Part shown: piece by piece, positions 62,487 through 64,000 of the stretch
How the letters are laid out: each line of letters opens with the position of its first letter
How positions within the stretch are numbered: the stretch's first letter is position 1
Origin: Squalus acanthias
Lineage: Eukaryota
Direction of reading: 5' to 3'
Length of the DNA: 64,000 bases
Assembly: GCA_030390025.1 (NCBI GenBank)
Contig: CM059432.1
Span: 143,656,001 to 143,720,000, forward strand
Notes under the pieces: generated by a model
Told to the model about the DNA's origin: nothing
What the model saw: only the letters and a program-made list of their open reading frames with translations
The model's database searches: none
Made by a program: the position numbers and the translations under genes

Positions 62487-63800
62487 CTATGTAAAACGGG
62501 AAACCAGCAGATTACACAATCTGGCAGACAAGTCACACAGCACTGAATACCATCGCAAACCAAGTTCCATGTGCATAATAGCCATCGCTAATATTTAGCC
62601 AAGAATGTTTCATTTTACAAGCTTTAATATAAAACATTCCAGGGCATAATAATAACTTACATTAGGATTCTACTTCAATGTGCGTTGTCCTCATTTGGAG
62701 TAGTTTACTTAATGAATAACATTTCATTTTAAAATCCATTTTTGGAGTAAATTTCAGGACCGCTGACAAGTTGAGCCGAATTCAAAGCTATTGTACTGGG
62801 ACAATCACTGAAAACTGTTGTGAAACTGCCTGAACTTCTAACACTCAATAATTCCAGGGGATCCCCTCGTCTGTGCTACATATAACTATAATGTTCTACA
62901 TATTAAAAGGGCACGACTCCATCTCAGCAATGAGCAAGACCTCTGACTGCAAGTGTGTTTGAATAAAAACTGGTTCACACAAAATGTGCATTCAGCAAAA
63001 ACAAATGGCAGAGTTTGCGCCAACAGCTTGTTTCCATCATTATAATAGCCCACACATTTAATAGGTTTCAACTGAGATGGGTCTACATCAGGTGTAGGAT
63101 GATAACTGTGTAACTAACCTCCAGAGGCTGGCAAGAAACTCAGGCTTTTCACAGCAACTCAAGACAGTCAAGTCTTTTGTATATGGAGCTAGATTGAACG
63201 CTCGTAAGTTCCAACTGGCTGATAGCCACCCTACAATCAAATCTTTAGGCTACACATGCCAGCAAGTAGATTCTGTACTGAGTCGCAACATTCAGCCTGC
63301 GAACTGTTCATTCTATTCTTTCTTGTAACACTGAAGCAGAATACAAATAGCGCTTTAACCATTAAAGTCTTCAAACTTATGAAATAAAGGATACAAGAAC
63401 ATAGTACACAGAGGCTTGATCACAGCCAAACGATCATTCCTTTGTAGACGAGCCAGTTTTATAACAGAAGAGAGTTTGTTCTACATCCCTATTTATACTC
63501 CATTGCCAAAGTAAATTACATCAATGTTCAAACTTATCCTTAGAGCTATTCCCTGGATGACATCCACCCGACAATCACGGGTCTTGCTAGGTTTCTGTAA
63601 GCCTCAAGCAAAGATGTTAATTTAACTTTCCAAAATGTACACGCAACAAAAAAAGTGCGCGCTTTCCTTTTCTGTTTCCAGCTTTCTCTTGTTCCTTTTT
63701 CGTACAGAACAAATTAAATTGCAGAAACTCGTACTTCAAAAGGGACCAGAGTAAAATCTCTTTGGTGACCTGGTGTTCAACAACCTATTTACAGTTATGA

Positions 63801-63890
63801 GAAGTCGCACAACACCAGGTTATAGTCCAACAGTTTTATTTGAAACCACAAGCTTTCGGAGCTGCTGCCCCTTCGTCAGGTGAAGTGAAG
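63801..63890 (-). mobile_element. Penelope-type terminal repeat with hammerhead motif and AATAAA
   Basis: Minus strand reads CAC CTGACGA A GGGGC AGCA GCTCC GAAA GCTT GTG ... AATAAA. Confidence 0.6.
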
Positions 63891-64000
63891 GAATACGAAT
63901 CGGCAAAGCATATCTAGACAGAGAACAATGCCTGTATCAATCAGGAAATAGTTGAGGCATGTAATAATGGAACATCTATAATTATGGGGGATTTTAACTA

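Overview
Vertebrate genomic DNA, not prokaryotic. The repeat families (V-SINE/HE1-type and Deu-core SINEs, CR1, L2, RTE, Penelope-type ends, Harbinger) point to a cartilaginous fish (shark-like). Two spliced genes converge tail-to-tail. On +, the last 11 coding exons of a fibrocystin-L (PKHD1L1-family) gene run from 1864 to 36603; the joined exons keep one open frame of about 673 codons. On -, the 3' exons of septin 7 (SEPT7) run from 62486 down to 48870. The introns are packed with nested transposons (a decayed two-gene PIF/Harbinger element, several MITEs, a long CR1, an RTE) and large minisatellites, some amplified from pieces of SINEs/LINEs. Nearly all long ORFs in the supplied track are tandem-repeat artefacts. 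Most notable: (1) a 21-nt in-frame SEPT7 microexon and other candidate alternative SEPT7 exons, (2) a fibrocystin-L C-terminus with a canonical transmembrane helix and ~41-aa cytoplasmic tail, next to SEPT7, and (3) minimal hammerhead-ribozyme motifs in two Penelope-type repeat families, including a head-to-head pair. Exon boundaries were read by eye from splice signals and recalled homology; repeat boundaries are approximate. No database searches were run. I found no wholly new system that I can prove.
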